Part shown: positions 49,082 to 58,067 of the stretch, in pieces
Layout: each line of letters begins with the position of its first letter
Numbering within the stretch: the stretch's first letter is position 1
From: an uncultured Candidatus Saccharibacteria bacterium
GTDB taxonomy: Bacteria > Patescibacteriota > Minisyncoccia > JBAYJV01
Direction: 5' to 3'
NCBI GenBank assembly: GCA_964577395.1
Contig: CAZNYQ010000013.1
Coordinates: 6,409-70,408, forward strand
DNA length: 64,000 bases
Notes under the pieces: generated by a model
The model's database searches: none
The model's input: only the letters and a program-made list of their open reading frames with translations
What the model was told of the DNA's origin: nothing
Made by a program: the position numbers and the translations under genes

Positions 49082-49786
49082 ATGTCTCGTGTTAAAAAAT
49101 ATATTTTGGGTTTATTGATTCTTGTCATTATTTTTGTAATTTCAGTTGTTGTTTTTGTAGAAAGAGATCAAGAAGGTAAGCTTAAATTTTCTCTTACAGG
49201 CAGCCAAACTAATATTATTTCAGATAATTTTAATGAGGTTATTCAACAAGAACTTACCCTAGATGATATAAATTGGTCTGATGCATATAATAAAGTGCTT
49301 AAACAGAAATATTCTAAAGATAACTTAAATCAAAAAGAGATTGAAATTTCTAGCGGTGCCTCTAAAATTTCTGAAGAAGAAGCTGAGATGGATGAAGATA
49401 ATAAAGAAATAATTTTTCAAAAGTTCGTTAATTATTTAAATAATTCAGAGACAAAACTTGATGAAAATAAGAATCCCTTTCAATTAGCTTTAAATTACCG
49501 AGACGAGGGAAGACCAGAGAAAATTGATGGTTTAATATCTTTTTATGATTCAAAGGTCACTAGTCTTGAGAAAGTAACGCCTCCAGAAGAAGTTTTAGGA
49601 TATCACTTGGTCAAATTAAGACTTTTAAGAGAAATTAAGCTTGCAGTCAGTAAAATTAAAACTTCTTCTCAGGAAATGCCCCTTAAAGAAGTTTTATCCG
49701 AAGAGGAGATTAATTATTTGGCGAGACTTGATTTAATTTTAAAACAATATTTAGTATATTTTTTCCATGACAGAACAAAGGCTTAA
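49082..49786 (+). CDS. membrane-anchored helical hypothetical protein
   Basis: N-terminal TM; VTPPEEV..YH; starts 1 bp after the previous gene. Confidence 0.7.
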   Translation: MSRVKKYILGLLILVIIFVISVVVFVERDQEGKLKFSLTGSQTNIISDNFNEVIQQELTLDDINWSDAYNKVLKQKYSKDNLNQKEIEISSGASKISEEEAEMDEDNKEIIFQKFVNYLNNSETKLDENKNPFQLALNYRDEGRPEKIDGLISFYDSKVTSLEKVTPPEEVLGYHLVKLRLLREIKLAVSKIKTSSQEMPLKEVLSEEEINYLARLDLILKQYLVYFFHDRTKA

Positions 49787-52571
49787 AAGAAAACAAAATA
49801 TATTAAGATTAATCTTGGGATTAGTTATTATTTCTACCTTTTTGGTGGGCAGTTTTGTAAGAAGTGTTATAGCGGTAAATATCACGGGCAGTACTGTTGT
49901 TAATGAGCATTTTGATAGTAGTATTCCTGGGTATGATATTTGTAAGGAGTTGAGGCATTTAACGGAACCACAAGAAGATCCAACCTTAAGTCCTCCTCGT
50001 GAAGTTTTTAAGTATACAGTAAGCTCATCAGAAGATGATAGCGGAGGGGTCATAGGTGGAGGTGATACAGATTCAGTTGTAACGCAAGAAGGCAGCATTT
50101 TTCAAAAATGGTTTCTTGATGCATGTGTAATGGATGGATATCTTACAGAAGTAAGACATGTTGCCACAATTCATAATTTTGATGTAAGAAACTCTGATAT
50201 TTTTCAAAGCCAAATGGGGAATAATGAAGGCACTCTCGGAGAGTTGTTTGAAATAGCTCTTATGGAGGTTACTAAAAATAAAACATGGATGACAGAAGGT
50301 GCTGGTAGTTTGAGGAATTTAAGTCTTAAAGATTTTCTATTAGAACTTACACACGAGGAAACAATGCAGGTTGAAAAAGATAAAGAATGGATGGAAGAGG
50401 ATATCAGTAGCTTAGAAAAATCAAGTATGAAAGATTTTCTATTAGAGCTTACTCATGAGAGTACAATGGAGGCAACAGAAGGATATGATGATGACAAAAA
50501 CGAAGAATTAACCAAGGCTAGCATTAAAGATTTTCTTTTATATGTTAAGGATTCGAACGAACAGTTTATGACAGATCTTATGCAAGCTTTATCAGAGAAA
50601 GAAAAACTTCATATAAGATCCTTAAAAGAATACGAATTGGCTAAGATAGAAAAGGCAAGAGAAGATGTTAATAAATTAACTTATGAAGTTTACAATGAGC
50701 TCAAGGAAGAGCCTCTTGTTTATAATAATAATGGAGTAACAGGTGACATAGTACGCTCTCTAGGACTGAGGGTAGTGGAAGAAGAAAGCAGTAGTTGTCC
50801 TTTTGGGGTAATAATAAAGAATAGCTCTGGAGAAGAAGAATGTGTAATTATCAAAAGAGAAGGAAGGGTAATTCAGAATGTAGATGATTATATCTATGAA
50901 GAAGCTATTCAAAAAGCCCGTGATTTTGTTATGTGTTTCTTGGCTCCTTGGAGACATTTTCCTATAGGAGAAGATTATTATTTTGCTGCATCTTTTGAAG
51001 AATTTAAGAGTGTGCAAGATCATAATGATAAACTTAGGGACGGGACGTCGCCAGATTATATATGGACGGGAGATCCTGTTTGTGGAGAAGAAGCCACAGC
51101 CGAGATTAGGAATAATGCTTGTAATACGGAATGCGGAGATGACTCAACAAGAATAGATAAATGGAAATCAAGTAATTATGGAGAAATTAATGATTGTCGC
51201 GAATGCATTCGCGAAGAGTTGGATAACAAATGCGATACAGAATATATTTGCGAAAAAGCACGGGAAGAAGCAGGAGATCGCCCCGATATGTTTAGTGATG
51301 ATTTTGAGGATTATCTTAAGAAGCTTTGTCCTAGCGATCAGATAAAAGAACAGATTAAAAGAGATTTATTATTTGATATGGCTCGCAAATACAAATTTTT
51401 ATATAATGCACCTCCAGAAAATTGGTACTATAATTCTGGAGCTTCTGGTAACGCCAATGATAAAACCAAATGTGCTCTCATATTAGCCAATTTAGGCTAT
51501 GATGTTGATGGTATTGTAGAAGAAGAAATTGGTAATCCTCTTAGGAGCAATATGATTAAAAAATATGCAGAATATCAAGAAGATGTCTGGAGAACGGAAT
51601 TGCCCATTTCAGTTGCCTACCGTCCAGATGTGAGTAATAAAGATTATAACAAGCAAAACGCCGCTTTGACCTCTAGTACTGGAGAAGGAGTGAAGTCTTT
51701 TGCTCAAAATCTTGTAGATGAGATTATTAGCGATTATGAAAGTCTTCGTACCGCTGAATATATAGCAGGCGAAGGTATTAGGTCGGAAAAATATTTAATA
51801 GGTTTTCCTGCTTATGATGATGTAGGTGACGCATTAGGGGTATACTTTATAGATACTGAAAATATTATCTCACCGGCAATTTTCTTAAAAGACAAAATTG
51901 CAGCAGCTACTCAAGCGCAATTTGACCTAGCTCAAAATGCTTGGAAACAAAAGCCTGAAGGGATTGGCGTCGGAGAGCTAGGTTGTCCCGACCCCCACAT
52001 TGGCGAGATGGATAAATCAGACTTTAGCGATAAAAAACCATATACTGCCCTAGAGAATAAATGTACGAACGAAGAATTGGAACATGGTTGGTATTTAGTT
52101 GAAATTTCAGATCCCGGCACTCCTGAAGATGAGAAAGAATATGAATGTCGCTGGCCACAGTATAACGACATTACATGTGAGGTTTTTGGCTATATTACTA
52201 CAGAAGCTATCACCGATGAATTACCTAAGGAATTACCAGCACCTTGGGAAGATATTAATGAATATATGGAGGTGCCGGAGGAATATGTAACTTGGTTTGA
52301 AGGTGATGTCAATGGTGTATCAGGAGAGCAATTGGGGCTTAAAAAAGCACCTCCAGCATTTGATATTCCTGAATATGGCACGCAATACCCTGATTTAACA
52401 GCTGACGATATTTATCCAAATATTTATCAAGAAGCTTATGGAAAAGATCAATCCCTTTCAATGCCTAATAGTGATAAATATTATATTAATAAATGGTATA
52501 AGAATATCACCCAGCTTTACGAAAAGCCGATGTCTGAAATTCTAAGAACTTGGTTTAAAGAGAACCCTTAA
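49767..52571 (+). CDS. large exported acidic Cys-rich protein with internal repeats (T4SS-like cluster)
   Basis: 934-aa ORF; N-terminal signal/TM; three KDFLL repeats. Confidence 0.75.
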   Translation: MTEQRLKRKQNILRLILGLVIISTFLVGSFVRSVIAVNITGSTVVNEHFDSSIPGYDICKELRHLTEPQEDPTLSPPREVFKYTVSSSEDDSGGVIGGGDTDSVVTQEGSIFQKWFLDACVMDGYLTEVRHVATIHNFDVRNSDIFQSQMGNNEGTLGELFEIALMEVTKNKTWMTEGAGSLRNLSLKDFLLELTHEETMQVEKDKEWMEEDISSLEKSSMKDFLLELTHESTMEATEGYDDDKNEELTKASIKDFLLYVKDSNEQFMTDLMQALSEKEKLHIRSLKEYELAKIEKAREDVNKLTYEVYNELKEEPLVYNNNGVTGDIVRSLGLRVVEEESSSCPFGVIIKNSSGEEECVIIKREGRVIQNVDDYIYEEAIQKARDFVMCFLAPWRHFPIGEDYYFAASFEEFKSVQDHNDKLRDGTSPDYIWTGDPVCGEEATAEIRNNACNTECGDDSTRIDKWKSSNYGEINDCRECIREELDNKCDTEYICEKAREEAGDRPDMFSDDFEDYLKKLCPSDQIKEQIKRDLLFDMARKYKFLYNAPPENWYYNSGASGNANDKTKCALILANLGYDVDGIVEEEIGNPLRSNMIKKYAEYQEDVWRTELPISVAYRPDVSNKDYNKQNAALTSSTGEGVKSFAQNLVDEIISDYESLRTAEYIAGEGIRSEKYLIGFPAYDDVGDALGVYFIDTENIISPAIFLKDKIAAATQAQFDLAQNAWKQKPEGIGVGELGCPDPHIGEMDKSDFSDKKPYTALENKCTNEELEHGWYLVEISDPGTPEDEKEYECRWPQYNDITCEVFGYITTEAITDELPKELPAPWEDINEYMEVPEEYVTWFEGDVNGVSGEQLGLKKAPPAFDIPEYGTQYPDLTADDIYPNIYQEAYGKDQSLSMPNSDKYYINKWYKNITQLYEKPMSEILRTWFKENP

Positions 52572-52623
52572 TTTATTTTTAAAATATTGTTACCGAGAAA
52601 TTTTACAATACCTCATATTTTTA

Positions 52624-55600
52624 ATGTTTTTAAAATTAAAAAAATTTAAGTTTAATAAACAATGGTTGCCTTTCATTGCTTTAATATTGTCCTTTATATT
52701 TTTAATTTTTCCTAGAGGAGCTGCTCATGCAGGAGCAGGGGGATGGTTTGCTAGTCTTTTTTTAAGTCTATTAGGATTAATCCTGTATGTGCTAGCGGTG
52801 GCTTCTACTTTTATTCTTGGTATTGGTAGTAAGCTGTTGTCTTTTGTTATGACAACAACCTTTAATGAAGATCTTTTTATTGAAGCGCCTTTTGTTAAAG
52901 TAGCTTGGTCATTTACACGAGATTTCGCCAATTTATTTTTTATTCTTTGGCTTGTCATTATTGCCTTAGCTACAATTGTAGATGTAAAAGGTTATAGCGC
53001 TAAAAAATTATTGGTAAAACTTATTGTAGTAGCTTTATTAGTAAATTTCAGTTTAGTTTTGTGCTGTTTCATGCTAGATATTGCTCAAGGTGCGATGGGG
53101 TTCTTAACGCAATCAGTAATTGTAATTAAAGGAGAACCATTTTCACTGGCTGATGGACTATCTTATTCCTTTCGCCAGTCAGAACTTTTTGGTGCTCATC
53201 TGCCGTCAGGATCAAGCTTCTTTTTAGGAAATTTAGATTCCAGCATATCTACTGTAATGCATAATTTATTAGTGCTTGCTTTTTCTCTTATAGCAGCTTA
53301 TGTTTTTTTAATTTTATCAATTATGCTATTAGTTAGAGTTGTGGCGTTGTGGTTATTACTTATATTTGCTCCCTTAGCATGGACTTTCGGTATCATGCCT
53401 TTTGCTAAAAAAGCCTGGACAGAATGGATTAGTAAATTTTTTCAATGGGCATTCTACGGAGTAATAGTAGCTTTTTTAATGTATCTAGCTGCTATGGCAG
53501 TTTGGGCAATCCAAGAAGCTGAAGGATGGAGCGATAATTTAAATCAAGGAAGCGAGATGATGGGTAGTTTTGGTACGCAGGTTTCTTTTATAGAAAATTT
53601 TACCAGCATTTTAAGTTTTATAGTTGTAATTGTTCTTTTGCTAATGGCAAAAGGTGTTGGTATGTCAGCTGCTAAAAGCGGAGGAGATATGGTTACGAAT
53701 ATGGTGGCAGGTTATGTAGGAGGAAAAGCAGCCACTTGGGGGAAGAAACCAGTTCGCTATGCTAAAGATAAAGCACGAGATGTTAAGACAAGAACCAAAG
53801 GTGCTGTTGGTCGGAGCGTAATGCATGGGGGTGATATTCCGATTATAGGAAAAACAGTTAGAAGAGCAGGCACAAAATGGGCACTAGAAGATAAGCAGGA
53901 TAGATCACAGAAAGTGGGGAGATTTAGCGATTATTCTCAATTAAGCGATCAAGAACTTAAAGATATTAGCTCGAATATGGTAGGGCAAAAAGCTCAACAA
54001 GAAGAAATTGCTCAAGTTGCAAAATTAATGACTGATAGAAATCTTGTATATAATATAAGCGATGAAAAAGAGCTTAAGACGCTTCTTGATTCCCTGAAAA
54101 AGTTTGGAAATGATAGTGATGTTAAGAAATTTGAAGAAAAAAGACCAGATGCTATTCAAGCCAAAGGTCTTACGGTTCATGATATTATCGAAAGGCAACG
54201 CACGGGCCAGCCACTAGGAAGCGTTACGCTTCAAGAGGCTCGTCAATTACAAGAAAGAAGGCAAGAAGCTATTCAAAGAGCAATTAAAAATAACGAAGCT
54301 CAAAATTGGACGGAAGACTTTATCAGGAATAGTCTCTCTTCTGATCTTGTTGATGTTTTTGCGCAAGATAAAAATGGCGTAAAAATGATTAGTAAAGCAG
54401 CCGAAGATTGGGGCAGTGGAGTCAAAGAGTCTTTCTTAGAAAAAGTGATGGCGAATTTCTCAGATGATTTTGACGGAAATGATGCGGAAAGGAATTTAGC
54501 TGCTCGTAATTTTTATGGAAAATTAGGAGGGAATTATTATAAAGCTTATCATAGCGACGAGAAGGGCCGAATTGTTACTGATCCTAATTTTGTCAATAAC
54601 AATGTAAGGCAGACAGAGCTATTAGAAGCAATAGCAAAAATTAGCAGTACGAAAGATTGGGAAAAATTAGATGATAGTGACGAAAATCTTAAGCTTATCG
54701 CTCGACACATACAAAGTTCTCAAATCAACAATGCTGGACGTAATTTAGATAGCTATACTAAAGCTAAAATATATGATGAATTAAGGAAACAACGTCATGA
54801 TTCTTCTCTTGACCCAAGCGAACAAAAAGATCGCACAGAAGTTTATAAAACAATGACGTACAACGATACTTGGCCCGGCTCAATTACTGGAGATAGACTT
54901 GAGAAATTAAGAAAGCGCAAAGAAGAACGAGATAAGGAAAAGAAAGAAATGGATAAAATGCACGGAGAAGCTCTGCAAATGAACAAAGAATATGACAAGG
55001 AGCAACAAGAAAAACAACAAAAAGAAAGGGAAGAAATGAATAAGCTGCATGGAGAGGCAATAGAAGAAGACAGGTTGCGCGGAAAAGAGAAGGAAGCAAA
55101 AACAATAGAAGAAAGAGACAAAAAACAAAGAGAAGAAAAAGAAAAGGAGCGCCTAGAATTAGAAAAACAACGATTAGAGATGGAAAAGGAAAGACTTGAA
55201 ATGGAAAAGAAGAGATACAACAAAAAAGATAATGAGAAGGACAACGATGATGGTGATAACAATGGAGGGTTTTCTCAAAAAAAACCAACTCCTCCTCCTA
55301 GCACAGATTCAGGAGGAACGCAACGAACTCAATCGTCTGACAACAAACAGGATTATAATATTCGCGCTGATAGTGTTAATATTCAACCAAAAAGCACTCT
55401 TGACAACGGAAACACAAAAAATGTTAATTTAAATCAAAAAAATATCTCAATTAGCGAAGGAGAAAATGCTCCAAACCAAACAGTTGACCTAAGAGGAGAA
55501 AAAAAATCTCGCATAATAACACCAGAACCTCGTGGACATATTAAATTTTCCGAAGGTTCTGGGTGGACACCTCAACAGAAAAAAGATTTTGAAGAAAAGA

Positions 55601-56085
55601 GACAGCGCAAACATCAAGAAGCAATGGCTAAAAAACGAAAAACTAAATTAGGTAGCCAGAGCTTAAATAGGTTTAACGCTGGAGGGGTAAGCAATAATTC
55701 TCCCGAGCAAGCTTATCTACAAGGACAATACACTAGTCCCAAGGTATTAGGAGATAGCAAAACTATTCATATTGATGAAATCCCAGAGAAAAGTAAAATA
55801 TCTCAAGAAGGAGAGCAGAACATAACGGATAATAACTTAATGGAAATTACGCGTGTTCAGGCTCAGAGTGGTAAAATAAAAGAAGCAGTTAAGGGAGCTA
55901 AAAAAATACAAGATAGTGAGAAAAGAGGATATGCTTTATGGAATATTGCTGCCACTCAAGCGCAAAAGGGTAATTTTTCCGAGGCTCTTCGTATAGCACG
56001 TCAAATCGATCATGATAAAATCCGTAATTTAGCGATAAATGATTTAGAGTATTCGAAAGAAAGGGCACCGGAATCATATAGTTAA
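52624..56085 (+). CDS. extended VirB6/TrbL-like polytopic protein with long C-terminal tail
   Basis: W..RDFANL.F, LL.KLIVVALLVNFS and R.VALWLL.IFAPLAW motifs in ~350 aa of TM region; about 800-aa hydrophilic tail. Confidence 0.8.
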   Translation: MFLKLKKFKFNKQWLPFIALILSFIFLIFPRGAAHAGAGGWFASLFLSLLGLILYVLAVASTFILGIGSKLLSFVMTTTFNEDLFIEAPFVKVAWSFTRDFANLFFILWLVIIALATIVDVKGYSAKKLLVKLIVVALLVNFSLVLCCFMLDIAQGAMGFLTQSVIVIKGEPFSLADGLSYSFRQSELFGAHLPSGSSFFLGNLDSSISTVMHNLLVLAFSLIAAYVFLILSIMLLVRVVALWLLLIFAPLAWTFGIMPFAKKAWTEWISKFFQWAFYGVIVAFLMYLAAMAVWAIQEAEGWSDNLNQGSEMMGSFGTQVSFIENFTSILSFIVVIVLLLMAKGVGMSAAKSGGDMVTNMVAGYVGGKAATWGKKPVRYAKDKARDVKTRTKGAVGRSVMHGGDIPIIGKTVRRAGTKWALEDKQDRSQKVGRFSDYSQLSDQELKDISSNMVGQKAQQEEIAQVAKLMTDRNLVYNISDEKELKTLLDSLKKFGNDSDVKKFEEKRPDAIQAKGLTVHDIIERQRTGQPLGSVTLQEARQLQERRQEAIQRAIKNNEAQNWTEDFIRNSLSSDLVDVFAQDKNGVKMISKAAEDWGSGVKESFLEKVMANFSDDFDGNDAERNLAARNFYGKLGGNYYKAYHSDEKGRIVTDPNFVNNNVRQTELLEAIAKISSTKDWEKLDDSDENLKLIARHIQSSQINNAGRNLDSYTKAKIYDELRKQRHDSSLDPSEQKDRTEVYKTMTYNDTWPGSITGDRLEKLRKRKEERDKEKKEMDKMHGEALQMNKEYDKEQQEKQQKEREEMNKLHGEAIEEDRLRGKEKEAKTIEERDKKQREEKEKERLELEKQRLEMEKERLEMEKKRYNKKDNEKDNDDGDNNGGFSQKKPTPPPSTDSGGTQRTQSSDNKQDYNIRADSVNIQPKSTLDNGNTKNVNLNQKNISISEGENAPNQTVDLRGEKKSRIITPEPRGHIKFSEGSGWTPQQKKDFEEKRQRKHQEAMAKKRKTKLGSQSLNRFNAGGVSNNSPEQAYLQGQYTSPKVLGDSKTIHIDEIPEKSKISQEGEQNITDNNLMEITRVQAQSGKIKEAVKGAKKIQDSEKRGYALWNIAATQAQKGNFSEALRIARQIDHDKIRNLAINDLEYSKERAPESYS

Positions 56086-56113
56086 TTAAGTAATAAAATT
56101 TATATTTATCCTC

Positions 56114-56977
56114 ATGCATCAGCAATTTGATGAAAAATTTGAACAGTTACCTCCGTATATTAAAGAATGGATGGCCGAAGAATCACCTCATCTAAATGAA
56201 GAGGTTGCAAAAGAGCACAATTTGAGTCTAGAAGAGGTTGAGAAAATGAAGAAAATTGTTGTTCATACAATACTGGGATTTTTTAATTTAAATGATTTTT
56301 TGTCTCATTTAAAAGATAGTTTTCCCAAACTTACAGAAGAAGAAATCAAAAAATTAGCTCTTGACATTGTTATTAAACGTTTCTATCCAATCAGAGACTA
56401 TCTTAAGGACGTTGATGGTCTCATTAAAAATTTAGGAGGTTCGTTGCCTGAGAATAAAGAGTTTTATAAAAAAGAATTTGAAGAAAAAAATCCACAAATT
56501 GTTGTCACCCAAGAGGAGAAAAAATCATCTCAAGGTAGTCAAGACATTGTTTATATAGGAATTGGTAGTTTGCTCAATAAACAAGAGATTAAAGATCAAT
56601 TTATTACCTCTAAAAAGATAACTGTAAACGATTCAGGAGAAGAAGTAGGTGGCACATTAAATAACTGGATAGCTGATTATAAAAGAGAGAAGGGAGAACC
56701 TCCACATTCAAGTTTAGAACGTCAAGTATATCTTTCGCAAGCTATGAATCCTAAAAAATTAGATAATTCAGAACGAATTATTCTAGGAGAAATTTTAAAA
56801 GCTTACGATCAAGGGACGGAACTACCCATTTCAAAAGAAAGTAGTAAAATTATTTTGAGTGAAGTTTTTCATAAAGGTAACCTTACACAGAAGATAGGCT
56901 TTCAAAATAATAAAGATGAAAACAGAGTAGAAAAGGACAATAAGCCAAATTCTACAATTGATTTACGTAATTCTTAA
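56114..56977 (+). CDS. cytoplasmic hypothetical protein of the T4SS-like cluster
   Basis: 287-aa ORF; KFEQLP, GTLNNWIADY, C-terminal IDLR. Confidence 0.7.
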   Translation: MHQQFDEKFEQLPPYIKEWMAEESPHLNEEVAKEHNLSLEEVEKMKKIVVHTILGFFNLNDFLSHLKDSFPKLTEEEIKKLALDIVIKRFYPIRDYLKDVDGLIKNLGGSLPENKEFYKKEFEEKNPQIVVTQEEKKSSQGSQDIVYIGIGSLLNKQEIKDQFITSKKITVNDSGEEVGGTLNNWIADYKREKGEPPHSSLERQVYLSQAMNPKKLDNSERIILGEILKAYDQGTELPISKESSKIILSEVFHKGNLTQKIGFQNNKDENRVEKDNKPNSTIDLRNS

Positions 56978-56980
56978 ACT

Positions 56981-57391
56981 ATGAGATATCAATTACCTCA
57001 ATTTATTGAAATGGAAGATAAGCTTATAGGACCGCTTACATTAAGGCAGTTCTTATATTTAATTGCTGTGCCGATAATTTGTTATCTTCTGCATTTTTTT
57101 GTTCGCTTGCCGTATGTTATCATGGTAGGAGTTATATTTTTTCCCATAGCTTTATTGCTTGCTTTTTATAGAATTAACGGTAGACCTTTTACTCATGCTT
57201 TTTTGGGATTGTTAAGATTCGTTAAGAAACCTCAAATGTATGTTTGGGAGAGGAGCATGCATAGAGTAAGTCAAGAAGAAGGTGTAGAAAAAACAACTGA
57301 CGATGAAAAGCAAAAAAATTCTGTGGAAAATAAGAAAAAGAAGAAAGACTTTAAAAAATTAGCCCAAGCCCTTGATCAAGGTAATACTTAA
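56981..57391 (+). CDS. PrgI family (VirB3-like) protein
   Basis: YQLPQFIEMEDKLIGPLTLRQF, two TM helices, INGRPF..P..YVW. Confidence 0.88.
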   Translation: MRYQLPQFIEMEDKLIGPLTLRQFLYLIAVPIICYLLHFFVRLPYVIMVGVIFFPIALLLAFYRINGRPFTHAFLGLLRFVKKPQMYVWERSMHRVSQEEGVEKTTDDEKQKNSVENKKKKKDFKKLAQALDQGNT

Positions 57392-57411
57392 AATACTTGT
57401 TTTAAAATATA

Positions 57412-58062
57412 ATGGCTTTTAATCCATCACAAAAACTTGTTCCCATCAAAGAAATACGAGAAGGAGTTGTCATTTTGAAAAGCGGTGCCTTAAGGGCAGT
57501 GCTTTTAGTGTCGAGCATTAATTTTTCTCTTAAGTCCAATGAAGAACAGGAGGCAATCATTGCAAAATTTCAAGGATTTCTTAACTCTCTTGATTATCCT
57601 ATTCAGACAATTATTCAATCCCGTAAACTTAAAATAGATAAATATCTAGCCAGTATAAAAGAATTAGAAAAATCTCAAGAGAACGAACTTTTACGGGTTC
57701 AAACGTCTGAATATCATAATTTTATTAAAGAGCTTGTTGCTTCAGCCAATATTATGAATAAGAGCTTCTATGTTGTTATTTCTTACTCCCTAGGAGAAGG
57801 TTCTCAAAAGAAGGGTTTTCTCGGTATGGTTAAAGATGTTGCAGGTAGCTCTAGTCAAGTTAGTCAAAAACGTTTTAAACAACTTAAAGCTCAATTGTGG
57901 CAAAGAGTTGATCATGCAGCTGCTAGCTTATCAAGCATGGGAATTAGAGTGGTCCCTCTTAATACGCAAGAATTAATCGAACTTTATTATGAGCTCTATA
58001 ATCCGGGAGCTGACAATAAAAGAGATTTATCAGCGCCCGAAGAGATGGGGTTAAAAAATTAA
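57412..58062 (+). CDS. conserved VirB4-associated protein (TraC-N-like)
   Basis: IKEIREGVVILK, SSINFSLKS.EEQEAII, QIIQSRK-like segment; lies between prgI and virB4. Confidence 0.75.
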   Translation: MAFNPSQKLVPIKEIREGVVILKSGALRAVLLVSSINFSLKSNEEQEAIIAKFQGFLNSLDYPIQTIIQSRKLKIDKYLASIKELEKSQENELLRVQTSEYHNFIKELVASANIMNKSFYVVISYSLGEGSQKKGFLGMVKDVAGSSSQVSQKRFKQLKAQLWQRVDHAAASLSSMGIRVVPLNTQELIELYYELYNPGADNKRDLSAPEEMGLKN

Positions 58063-58067
58063 TTTTT

